Positions 34,537 to 41,963 of a stretch of DNA of 41,963 nucleotides are shown in pieces (the first letter of the stretch is position 1; every line of letters starts with the position of its first letter). The notes beneath the pieces are model-generated. The model was not told the DNA's origin. It did not search any database and saw only the letters and a program-made list of their open reading frames with translations. The position numbers and the translations under genes were made by a program. The DNA lies in contig CACWUI010000001.1 of assembly GCA_902764045.1 (NCBI GenBank), positions 1-41,963 on the forward strand, written 5' to 3'. This DNA comes from an uncultured Lachnospiraceae bacterium (GTDB taxonomy: Bacteria > Bacillota > Clostridia > Lachnospirales > Lachnospiraceae).

Positions 34537-35403
34537 TTGAAAATAAGAGATATATTTACACAGGATAAAAACACTCTTTCCTTTGAGGTGTTTCCTCCTA
34601 AAAAAGATACGGACTTTGCCATAGTGGAAAGAGCCGTGCTTGAAATGGCGGCAAAGCATCCGGATTACATGAGCGTGACCTACGGAGCGGGAGGATCCAC
34701 CCGTGACAACACCGTAAAGCTTGCGGGAGAGATACAGAGACTTTTCGGTGTGCCCACCATTGCCCATCTTACATGCGTGGGTGCTACAAAAGAGTCCATA
34801 CGAAAAGTCCTTGATGAGATGAAGTCCGCTGGGATAGAAAATGTCCTTGCCTTAAGGGGGGACAGACCTAAAGACTTTGAGGGCGAGCCCTTTACGGATT
34901 ATAAAAATGCGTCGGAGCTTACCCGGGACATAAAAGAATACGGAGATTTCTGTGTGGGCGGCGCGTGTTATCCGGAAGGGTATCCCGAGGATGACAGCAA
35001 AGACATTAACATTACCAACCTTAAGAAAAAGGTGGAGTCGGGCTGTGATTTTCTCACGACCCAGATGTTTTTTGATAACAATATTTTCTACAATTTTTTA
35101 TACAGGGTAAGGGAAAAAGAGATAAAGGTTCCCGTGGTCCCGGGGATAATGCCCGTTACAAAGCCCGTTCAGATAAAAAGAGCAATAGAACTCTCCGGAA
35201 CCAATGTGCCGGAGAGATTTAAGAACCTGGTTGACAGATTCGGCCACAACGATGCCGCCATGAGACAGGCAGGCATCGCTTATGCCACGGACCAGATCAT
35301 TGACCTGTATGCAAACGGGGTTAAGCATATACACGTTTATTCCATGAACAAGCCTGACATAGCCGAGGCCATAAGGGCAAATGTTTCAGAGATTTTAGGA
35401 TAA
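34537..35403 (+). CDS. metF: Methylenetetrahydrofolate reductase
   Basis: Motifs present are SFEVFPPK, YMSVTYGAGGSTR, HLTC and LALRGD. It uses a TTG start with a GGAGGA SD. Confidence 0.85.
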   Translation: MKIRDIFTQDKNTLSFEVFPPKKDTDFAIVERAVLEMAAKHPDYMSVTYGAGGSTRDNTVKLAGEIQRLFGVPTIAHLTCVGATKESIRKVLDEMKSAGIENVLALRGDRPKDFEGEPFTDYKNASELTRDIKEYGDFCVGGACYPEGYPEDDSKDINITNLKKKVESGCDFLTTQMFFDNNIFYNFLYRVREKEIKVPVVPGIMPVTKPVQIKRAIELSGTNVPERFKNLVDRFGHNDAAMRQAGIAYATDQIIDLYANGVKHIHVYSMNKPDIAEAIRANVSEILG

Positions 35404-35413
35404 GGAGGCAGGT

Positions 35414-36637
35414 ATGAACAACATACTTATTGCACAGTCCGGCGGACCCACCGCAGCCATTAATGCAGCCCTTGCGGGGATCTTAAGCGGAGCCCTGGGA
35501 TCGGAGGAGGCGGGCGAGATCTTCGGCGGTGTAAATGGTATCCAGGGAATACTTGAAGAAAATATCATCAGCCTGACGGAAAGATTCGGGGATGACAGGG
35601 ATGCCTTAAGACGCCTTTATTTTACTCCCGATATGTATCTGAAATCCTGCCGTTACAAACTTAAAAAACCGGATGAGGACGACAGCGATTATGCAAGACT
35701 TACGGAGATCTTCAAGAAATACAATATAGGCATGTTCTTTTATATAGGCGGCAACGATTCCATGGACACTGTGGCCCGTATAAAAGCATATACTGAAAAA
35801 CAGGGACTTGACATAAAGGTCATCGGCGTTCCCAAGACCATCGACAATGACCTGGTGGAGATAGATCATTCTCCGGGATTCGGTTCGGCGGTCAAGTACG
35901 TTGCAACAAGTGTAAGGGAGATAATGATGGATACGGGGCTTTACCCTTCCGAAAATGTTACCGTGGTTGAGATAATGGGGAGGGACTCCGGGTGGCTTAC
36001 GGCAGCGGCAGTACTGGCGCCTCCCGAAAACTTCCCTTCAGAACCGATCATCTGTCTTCCCGAGGTTCCTTTTGATAAGGACAGGTTTATCGACAGGGTA
36101 AACGAAGAGGTTCAAAAATGCGGTTTTGCGGTTGTGGCAGTATCGGAAGGCCTAAGAGACGATTCCGGGAATTACATTGCCGAAGCCTCAGCCGGTGTGG
36201 ACAGATTCGGTCATCCCCAGCTCGGAGGAGCCGCCACGGCACTTGCATCCATGCTGAGGGAAAAGTCAGAATATAAGATACGGACAGTAGAATTGGGCAT
36301 GGCCCAAAGGTCTGCGGGTCATATCTCATCGGAAACTGATCTCAAGGAAAGCTTCACATTGGGAGAGAATGCATTTAAGTACGCCTCCGAAGGAAAGAGC
36401 GGTATAATGGCTACCCTTAAAAGAACAGGCGATGAGCCCTACACCGTTGAGTACGGTTTTGCGGATGTAACGGAAGTGGCAAATAAAGTAAAGGATGTAC
36501 CGAAGGACTGGATGGATGAGGATAACTTCACCGTCACGGTGGAAATGGTACAGTATCTTAAGCCCCTGATACAGGGCGAGACGGAGATTGATTACAAGGA
36601 AGGTCTGCCTGATTATCTTTATGACAGACACAATTGA
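35414..36637 (+). CDS. pfk: 6-phosphofructokinase family enzyme (ATP- or PPi-dependent; not distinguishable here)
   Basis: Motifs present are QSGGPTAAINA, GGNDSMDT, PKTIDNDL and MGRDSGWL. Confidence 0.85.
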   Translation: MNNILIAQSGGPTAAINAALAGILSGALGSEEAGEIFGGVNGIQGILEENIISLTERFGDDRDALRRLYFTPDMYLKSCRYKLKKPDEDDSDYARLTEIFKKYNIGMFFYIGGNDSMDTVARIKAYTEKQGLDIKVIGVPKTIDNDLVEIDHSPGFGSAVKYVATSVREIMMDTGLYPSENVTVVEIMGRDSGWLTAAAVLAPPENFPSEPIICLPEVPFDKDRFIDRVNEEVQKCGFAVVAVSEGLRDDSGNYIAEASAGVDRFGHPQLGGAATALASMLREKSEYKIRTVELGMAQRSAGHISSETDLKESFTLGENAFKYASEGKSGIMATLKRTGDEPYTVEYGFADVTEVANKVKDVPKDWMDEDNFTVTVEMVQYLKPLIQGETEIDYKEGLPDYLYDRHN

Positions 36638-36655
36638 AGCAAGAGGTAAAAAAAG

Positions 36656-37645
36656 GTGAGGATTCACACTGAGGTCAATGAACCGGTTGTAAAACTGGAG
36701 CCGCTGTTTAAGGAATATCTCTGGGGCGGCAATCATCTCAAGGAAAAATTCGGAAAAAAGTATGCCGGTGATATTGCCGAAAGCTGGGAGCTGTCCGCCC
36801 ACAGTCAGGGCGTGAGCAAGATCGCAGACGGCGATATGAAGGGACACTTCTTTACCGATTATCTTCAGGTAATAGGTAAAAAGGGTCTGGGGACCAATGC
36901 CAACAGATACGATAAGTTTCCCATACTCATCAAATTTATTGATGCGGCAAGGCTTCTTTCCATTCAGGTGCACCCGGACAATCTTTATGCCCTTCAGGTA
37001 GAAGGTGAATACGGAAAAAACGAGATGTGGTATGTGGTTGATGCGAAGCCGGATGCCTTTCTTTATTATGGTCTTAAAGAGTCCCTTACCAAGCAGGAAT
37101 TGCGGGAACGGATAGAAAACAAGACCTTAAAGGAAGTATTAAATAAGGTCCCCGTTCAGGCAGGAGATGCCCTGTTTGTCAAGGCAGGAGTGATACATGC
37201 CATAGGAGAGGGCATGATAATCTGCGAGATACAGCAGAATTCCAATCTTACCTATCGTATTGATGATTTCGGAAGAAAGGATAAGTACGGGAACTTAAGA
37301 GAACTTCATATCGATAAGGCTCTGGCTTCCACTGATATCGATCTGAATGTGGCACTTGCAAAGATAGGTCCCATAAAATCATCTGTCGGTGAAAAAGAAA
37401 AGACCAGGCTTGTTGAAAGCATTTATTTTACCGTTGACCTTATTAAGAATCAGTCGGTGCATGAGGTGAAGGTTGACAGAACATCCTTTGTGGCGCTTGT
37501 CTTTATGAAGGGCGAAGGATTATTAAAGTCAAGTGACACGGGACTGGGGCACCACTTTAAAGCGGGAGATACTTTTTTTGTGACGGCAGGTGAAAGGACC
37601 GTAATAGTGGACGGCAGTTCAGAGTTCCTGACAGTGAGGATATAA
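36656..37645 (+). CDS. manA: Class I mannose-6-phosphate isomerase
   Basis: Motifs present are EYLWGG, ESWELS, LSIQVHPD, EMWYV and HAIGEG. It uses a GTG start. Confidence 0.85.
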   Translation: MRIHTEVNEPVVKLEPLFKEYLWGGNHLKEKFGKKYAGDIAESWELSAHSQGVSKIADGDMKGHFFTDYLQVIGKKGLGTNANRYDKFPILIKFIDAARLLSIQVHPDNLYALQVEGEYGKNEMWYVVDAKPDAFLYYGLKESLTKQELRERIENKTLKEVLNKVPVQAGDALFVKAGVIHAIGEGMIICEIQQNSNLTYRIDDFGRKDKYGNLRELHIDKALASTDIDLNVALAKIGPIKSSVGEKEKTRLVESIYFTVDLIKNQSVHEVKVDRTSFVALVFMKGEGLLKSSDTGLGHHFKAGDTFFVTAGERTVIVDGSSEFLTVRI

Positions 37646-37659
37646 CAGGTGTATTACTT

Positions 37660-37812
37660 ATGAAGAAATTTTTATTGTATCTGGCATGTGCCGGATTGGT
37701 CGCATTTTTTGTCACGGTGCTGGTACTGGGAAAAGACCTGAAGGTTACAAAGCAGTATCGTGATTTCTATATAGACCATACTGTGACCAAATGGAAATAC
37801 GAGGAGAAATAA
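37660..37812 (+). CDS. Small membrane protein (50 aa); not in the ORF track
   Basis: The protein is MKKFLLYLACAGLVAFFVTVLVLGKDLKVTKQYRDFYIDHTVTKWKYEEK. Its stop lies 1 nt before the next gene's ATG, and it has a weak AGGTG SD. Confidence 0.45.
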   Translation: MKKFLLYLACAGLVAFFVTVLVLGKDLKVTKQYRDFYIDHTVTKWKYEEK

Positions 37813-37813
37813 A

Positions 37814-38989
37814 ATGAGCACAAGATCAGGCGGAATTATTTTTCCGAAGATACTGCTGATATATATAATAACCAGAGGGATCACGGCAGGTGTTTATTTC
37901 GCATACTGTGCCATCTTTAATGAAACCGGCGGTTTTGAGCACGTATTCGGAAGATGGGATACTGAGCATTATATGGACATCGTAAACAACGGATACCATT
38001 TGCCGAACAGGGCGGACGGAATGGCCAACTGGGCATTTTTCCCCCTGTTTCCTATTTGCTGCAGGGGCGTAATGGCCATTACCGGTGGAGCCCTTTCCGC
38101 ATTTTGGTGCGGTATGATAGTGTCCAATATATGTCTCATTATCTCTTCGTATTTTGCCGTAAAGCTGATAAGAGAACGGGGGCTTACCCAAAAGGAAAGA
38201 GGTTTTGTGTTTTCCGGTCTTGCCGGGGACGGGCTTCTTCTTGCCTGGTTTCTGATGCTGGCACCCCTTACGGTGTATTTTTGCGTACCCTACACGGAAA
38301 GCCTTTTTGTGATGCTCATAGTTTTGTTCTTTTATGCTGCGCAAAAAGAGATGTTTCCTTTGGCAGGGATATTTGCCATGCTGGCAGGAGCCACAAGAAG
38401 TGTGGGACTGGTATTGGTCATCCCTCTTATCATGGCCATGTACACATCTTATAAAAATGAAACGGGTTCGGGAAATATCTTCAAATACATCGGAAGCATT
38501 TTCGCAAGACCCTCCCGGCTGCTGTCCATTCTTTTAGTGCCGGCGGGGCTGTTCGGGTATATGCTTTATCTTTATTATTTTCTGGGTGACATGCTGGCAT
38601 TTGTTCATGTCCAGTATGCCTGGAGACATGAGAAATTCCTTCCGGTGGTGGGGGTGTTTAAAAAGTACCTGTTTTCATTGGAAGAGCCCCATTATATGAT
38701 AAGCGCATGGATATGTATCGCTGTCTTTGCTCTGTATGTGTGGATGTTCGTAAAAGGATTAAGGAAAGAGGCGGTCTTCGGAGCGGTGGCTCTTCTTATA
38801 CCCTTAAGTTCACATATGATGAGCACCCCCCGTTTTATAAGCGGGTCTTTTGTGGTCTGGATGGGACTGTACTACGCTATCAAATGCATGAAATCAGGGG
38901 CTGCGCAGATGATCTCCGTCACGGCCCTGTACGCCGGGGGGATAATAACTATCGGCATGTGGTGTGCACAGGCGGGATTTGTGATGTAA
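37814..38989 (+). CDS. Polytopic membrane glycosyltransferase-like protein (PIG-V / GT-C mannosyltransferase-like)
   Basis: It has a FGRWDTEHYMDIVNNGY motif and about 9-10 TM helices. The family name is tentative. Confidence 0.6.
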   Translation: MSTRSGGIIFPKILLIYIITRGITAGVYFAYCAIFNETGGFEHVFGRWDTEHYMDIVNNGYHLPNRADGMANWAFFPLFPICCRGVMAITGGALSAFWCGMIVSNICLIISSYFAVKLIRERGLTQKERGFVFSGLAGDGLLLAWFLMLAPLTVYFCVPYTESLFVMLIVLFFYAAQKEMFPLAGIFAMLAGATRSVGLVLVIPLIMAMYTSYKNETGSGNIFKYIGSIFARPSRLLSILLVPAGLFGYMLYLYYFLGDMLAFVHVQYAWRHEKFLPVVGVFKKYLFSLEEPHYMISAWICIAVFALYVWMFVKGLRKEAVFGAVALLIPLSSHMMSTPRFISGSFVVWMGLYYAIKCMKSGAAQMISVTALYAGGIITIGMWCAQAGFVM

Positions 38990-39016
38990 AATGTTGTCAT
39001 GTTCGGAGGTTGATCC

Positions 39017-39499
39017 ATGAAGAAAATATTATCGTTTATTATATCCTCTGTTTTAATACTGATGCTGGCGGCAGGCCTCGCCGGGTGCGACCATTCGGAG
39101 CATACGGGACACACGGAGTCCATAAAGACGGTTGAATCGTCAGAAACAGTTTCCGCGCCGGATGAGAGCGGAAGCTATACCTCCATGTCCGAGGTGGCGG
39201 CGTATATCCATGAATACGGTCATTTGCCGGATAACTACATCACAAAAAGCGAAGCAAAAAAGCTGGGCTGGAAGTCACAGGAGGGAAACCTGTGGGAGGT
39301 GGCTCCGGGTAAAAGCATAGGCGGTGACACCTTCAGCAATTACGAAGGTCTTTTGCCTAAGGCTTCAAAGAGAAAATACCGGGAATGCGATATTGATTAC
39401 AACGGCGGCGCGCGGAACGGAAAACGCATCGTATATTCAAATGACGGTCTGATCTTTTATACACAGGATCATTACAAATCCTATACGCAGCTTTATTGA
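39017..39499 (+). CDS. Barnase-family secreted ribonuclease with a lipoprotein signal peptide
   Basis: The lipobox is LAAGLAGC. The sequence HLPDNYITKSEAKKLGWKSQEGNLWEVAPGKSIGGDTFSNYEGLLP...YRECDIDY...TQDHY aligns closely with barnase (KLPDNYITKSEAQALGW...VAPGKSIGGDIFSN...READINY...TTDHY). Confidence 0.9.
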   Translation: MKKILSFIISSVLILMLAAGLAGCDHSEHTGHTESIKTVESSETVSAPDESGSYTSMSEVAAYIHEYGHLPDNYITKSEAKKLGWKSQEGNLWEVAPGKSIGGDTFSNYEGLLPKASKRKYRECDIDYNGGARNGKRIVYSNDGLIFYTQDHYKSYTQLY

Positions 39500-39514
39500 T
39501 ATACGGAGAGTATT

Positions 39515-39796
39515 ATGAAAGAGATAACATTGGATTTTAAAGAGTTTATGTCGATGAAAGAGGCTCATGCATATATTGCCGGAAAGCTGGATCTTCCGGA
39601 TTATTACGGTGCAAACCTGGACGCCCTGTTTGAGTGTCTTACCGACATAAGCGAGGATGTGAAGATAAAGATAATTAACTGCGACCTGACGGACAAAGAT
39701 GATAATTCCCTGGTAAATGTTTTCTGGGATGCGGATTATGAAAATAAGAATCTGCAGGTTGAAGTTGAAAGGCGGATGATACGGAATGAAGATTGA
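39515..39796 (+). CDS. Barstar-family ribonuclease inhibitor
   Basis: LDLPDYYGANLDALFECLTD matches barstar ([20 protein letters not shown]). The gene lies immediately downstream of the barnase gene. Confidence 0.85.
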   Translation: MKEITLDFKEFMSMKEAHAYIAGKLDLPDYYGANLDALFECLTDISEDVKIKIINCDLTDKDDNSLVNVFWDADYENKNLQVEVERRMIRNED

Positions 39797-41033
39797 AATG
39801 CCAAAGGACGTGGCATCCATAATATCAAGGCTGCAGCATGCGGGGCATGAAGCCTATATCGTAGGGGGCTGCGTAAGGGATACCCTCATGGGCCGGGAGC
39901 CGGAGGATTGGGATATCACCACCTCCGCAAAGCCTGAAGAGGTAAAGGTGATCTTTATCAAGACCATTGACACGGGTATCAGGCACGGTACGGTAACTGT
40001 GCTTGTAAACGGCAACGGATATGAGGTGACCACCTACAGGATAGACGGGGATTATGCGGACGGCAGGCACCCGGATAATGTGAAGTTTACAAGAAGCTTA
40101 AGAGAGGATCTTAAGAGACGGGACTTCACCATAAATGCCATTGCCTATAATGATGAAAACGGAATAAGGGATGACTTTGACGGTATACCGGATCTGCAGA
40201 GACATATCATAAGGGCGGTGGGTGATCCCTTCGAGAGATTTTCGGAGGATGCCCTGCGCATGATGCGGGCCATAAGATTTTCCGCCCAGCTGGGATTTAA
40301 TATCGATATCGACACGTATCAGGCGATCAAGGTGATGTCGGAAGGGATCAAGAATGTGAGCATGGAGCGTGTCCAGGCAGAGCTTGCGAAGACCATTCTG
40401 TCGGATCATCCCGAGTGCGTTTCCGAGTACCGGTTGACGGGGCTTTTTGCGGAGATATTGCCAAGCATAAATGCAGTTTTGGGATCCAAGGATGCGGACA
40501 AGATCCGTTCCATGCTCCGTTATATGCCGAGCACGCCTGTCATGAGGTATGCGGCTCTTCTCGGGACACTCAGATCCGAGGAGGCACGGGAAGCCATGAA
40601 GACCTTAAAGATAGATAACAATACCACTGATACGGTGACAAAGATCATTAAGTATTCGGGTGAGGAGGAGACCTTAGGGGAGAATGAGTTTGCCGTGAGG
40701 GAAGCCATGTACCGTCACGGTCCGAGGCTTATGGAATATCTTTTTGTTTATTCCGAAGCGGAGATCCTTACCAAGGAAGAAGTTACCGGGCTTAATATGC
40801 GTGGCAGCCGGAACCATCTGAAGACCATCAGAAGATATTATGATGAGATAATGGAGAGGGGAGACTGTATCAGTCTTAGGGATCTGGATGTGACGGGGGA
40901 TGATCTTTTGGAGCGTGGCTACAGCGGAAAGAAGATAGGGGAGACCCTGGACTGGCTGATGCATATCGTTCTTGAGAATCCCAAGCTGAATGATAAGGAG
41001 ACGCTGTTGGATATGCTGGATGCGGGGATCTGA
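39786..41033 (+). CDS. cca: CCA-adding tRNA nucleotidyltransferase
   Basis: Motifs present are YIVGGCVRD, DWDITT, RRDFTINA and ED.LRMMRAIRF. Confidence 0.9.
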   Translation: MKIEMPKDVASIISRLQHAGHEAYIVGGCVRDTLMGREPEDWDITTSAKPEEVKVIFIKTIDTGIRHGTVTVLVNGNGYEVTTYRIDGDYADGRHPDNVKFTRSLREDLKRRDFTINAIAYNDENGIRDDFDGIPDLQRHIIRAVGDPFERFSEDALRMMRAIRFSAQLGFNIDIDTYQAIKVMSEGIKNVSMERVQAELAKTILSDHPECVSEYRLTGLFAEILPSINAVLGSKDADKIRSMLRYMPSTPVMRYAALLGTLRSEEAREAMKTLKIDNNTTDTVTKIIKYSGEEETLGENEFAVREAMYRHGPRLMEYLFVYSEAEILTKEEVTGLNMRGSRNHLKTIRRYYDEIMERGDCISLRDLDVTGDDLLERGYSGKKIGETLDWLMHIVLENPKLNDKETLLDMLDAGI

Positions 41034-41094
41034 GTTATAACAGTAACCGGGAACTTTGTAAGACGGAACACGGCAACGGTCTTTTCAGGATGAT

Positions 41095-41123
41095 TTGACA
41101 AACCCTTTGAATTCCTGTAATAT
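41095..41123 (+). promoter_or_regulatory. Consensus-like promoter of the rplU-rpmA operon (TTGACA-N17-TAATAT)
   Basis: TTGACA is at 41095-41100, followed by a 17-nt spacer and TAATAT at 41118-41123. Confidence 0.65.
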
Positions 41124-41129
41124 ATCAAG

Positions 41130-41200
41130 GCATGCCGCCCGGGCAGGGTCAGTAAAGCGGGATCGGACGATTCCCCCCATAACCGGCGAATAAATAGTCA
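41130..41200 (+). ncRNA. Possible L21 (rplU) ribosomal-protein leader
   Basis: A ~75-nt GC-rich structured 5' UTR (GCCGCCCGGGCAGGGTC...GCGGGATCGGACG) lies between the promoter and rplU. This is the position of the Firmicute L21 leader. The structure was not verified. Confidence 0.35.
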
Positions 41201-41210
41201 GGAGGATATT

Positions 41211-41522
41211 ATGTACGCTATTATTGCAACAGGTGGTAAACAATACACAGTCGCTGAAGGCGATGAGATTTTTGTTGAAAAGTTAGGATTAAATGAAGGG
41301 GATTCCGTTACATTTGATCAGGTTCTTTTCGTAAACGACGGCAAAGCAAGCAAGGTGGGTACACCCACTGTGAGCGGAGCAAGCGTTACAGCTACAGTCG
41401 TTAAGGAAGGACGTGCAAAGAAAATCATCGTTTATAAGTACAAGGCAAAGAAGGGCTATCACAAAAAGAACGGCCACAGACAGCCTTATACCAAAGTTAA
41501 GATTGAAAAGATCAACGGTTGA
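41211..41522 (+). CDS. rplU: 50S ribosomal protein L21
   Basis: The protein begins [25 protein letters not shown] and contains ...[17 protein letters not shown]. Confidence 0.95.
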   Translation: MYAIIATGGKQYTVAEGDEIFVEKLGLNEGDSVTFDQVLFVNDGKASKVGTPTVSGASVTATVVKEGRAKKIIVYKYKAKKGYHKKNGHRQPYTKVKIEKING

Positions 41523-41554
41523 TTTTTAAGAAAGATGTAAAGGAGGAGAAGACC

Positions 41555-41845
41555 ATGTTATTTTTTAACCTTCAGTTATTCGCTCATAAAAAGGGTGTAG
41601 GTTCCACAAAGAACGGACGTGATTCCGAATCAAAGAGACTCGGCGCAAAGAGAGCTGACGGACAGTTTGTACTTGCCGGCAACATTCTCTACAGACAGCG
41701 CGGTACAAGGATCTTACCCGGAGTAAATGTAGGAAGAGGAAAAGACGATACACTCTTTGCTCTCGTGGACGGAACGGTCCGCTTTGAGAGAAGAGGAAAA
41801 GATAAAAAGCAGGTTTCGGTTTATCCCAAAGAAGCTGCTAATTAA
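41555..41845 (+). CDS. rpmA: 50S ribosomal protein L27 with an N-terminal propeptide
   Basis: An AGGAGGAG SD lies before the ATG at 41555. The protein begins [30 protein letters not shown]. The track start at 41519 overlaps the rplU stop and is unlikely. Confidence 0.9.
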   Translation: MLFFNLQLFAHKKGVGSTKNGRDSESKRLGAKRADGQFVLAGNILYRQRGTRILPGVNVGRGKDDTLFALVDGTVRFERRGKDKKQVSVYPKEAAN

Positions 41846-41873
41846 TAAAAAAACGGTGCCGGTTTGATATGTA

Positions 41874-41910
41874 CCCCCTTTCCTGGACAACCAGGGAAGG
41901 GGGTTTTATT
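41874..41910 (+). terminator. Rho-independent terminator of rplU-rpmA
   Basis: CCCCCTTTCCTGG-acaa-CCAGGGAAGGGGG forms a 13-bp stem with one mismatch. TTTTATT follows. Confidence 0.8.
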
Positions 41911-41963
41911 ATGCGTTATACGTACGAGTTTAAAAGAAGATGTGTTGAATTGTACCGGGAGGG
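41911..41963 (+). CDS. Start of a possible IS3-family orfA-like HTH protein (3'-partial)
   Basis: MRYTYEFKRRCVELYREG resembles the N-termini of IS3/IS150-group OrfA proteins. Only 17 codons are visible. Confidence 0.35.
   Translation, partial: MRYTYEFKRRCVELYRE

Noticed and set aside
41519-41554. Upstream TTG start for rpmA (adds [12 protein letters not shown])
   Set aside because: It overlaps the rplU stop. The AGGAGGAG SD precedes the ATG at 41555, and the product then begins with the canonical L27 propeptide [10 protein letters not shown].

Overview
The window looks like chromosomal DNA from a low-to-mid GC Firmicute of the Clostridia (Lachnospiraceae-like gene content and order). This is inferred from gene content only. 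No homology search was possible, so every family call rests on motifs read from the translations.

- **1-8.7 kb:** the 3' part of one giant LPXTG-anchored adhesin. Its 5' end lies outside the window. It has a beta-helix GGAI-repeat region, two tandem isopeptide-type pilin-like modules, CnaB/SpaA-like domains, a Cys-Gln thioester domain and an LPDTG sorting signal.
- **8.7-15.3 kb:** an AT-rich accessory patchwork.
  - REP-like palindromes.
  - An unannotated type I toxin/antisense-sRNA-like module that has relic copies.
  - An AraC regulator lying divergent to a small peptide with three C-X6-C repeats.
  - A DUF1016/YhcG PD-(D/E)xK nuclease.
  - A 2H-phosphoesterase (LigT/ThpR) with duplicated 5' relics.
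  - An AlbA_2 gene fragment.
  - A Phd/VapC type II TA pair.
- **15.3-41.9 kb:** core housekeeping genes. These are an MFS transporter, ferredoxin, hemW, HIT, aconitase, cvpA, hprK, murB, whiA, citrate synthase, aroA, two COG0523 GTPases (one with a roughly 125-aa His/Asp/Glu tract), metF, pfk, manA, a membrane glycosyltransferase, barnase-barstar, cca, rplU and rpmA.
- **Last 53 nt:** the start of a possible IS3-like orfA.

Other notable points are a 223-bp near-perfect palindrome after hemW and a REP-like element embedded in frame inside hemW. No rRNA, tRNA or CRISPR array was seen.
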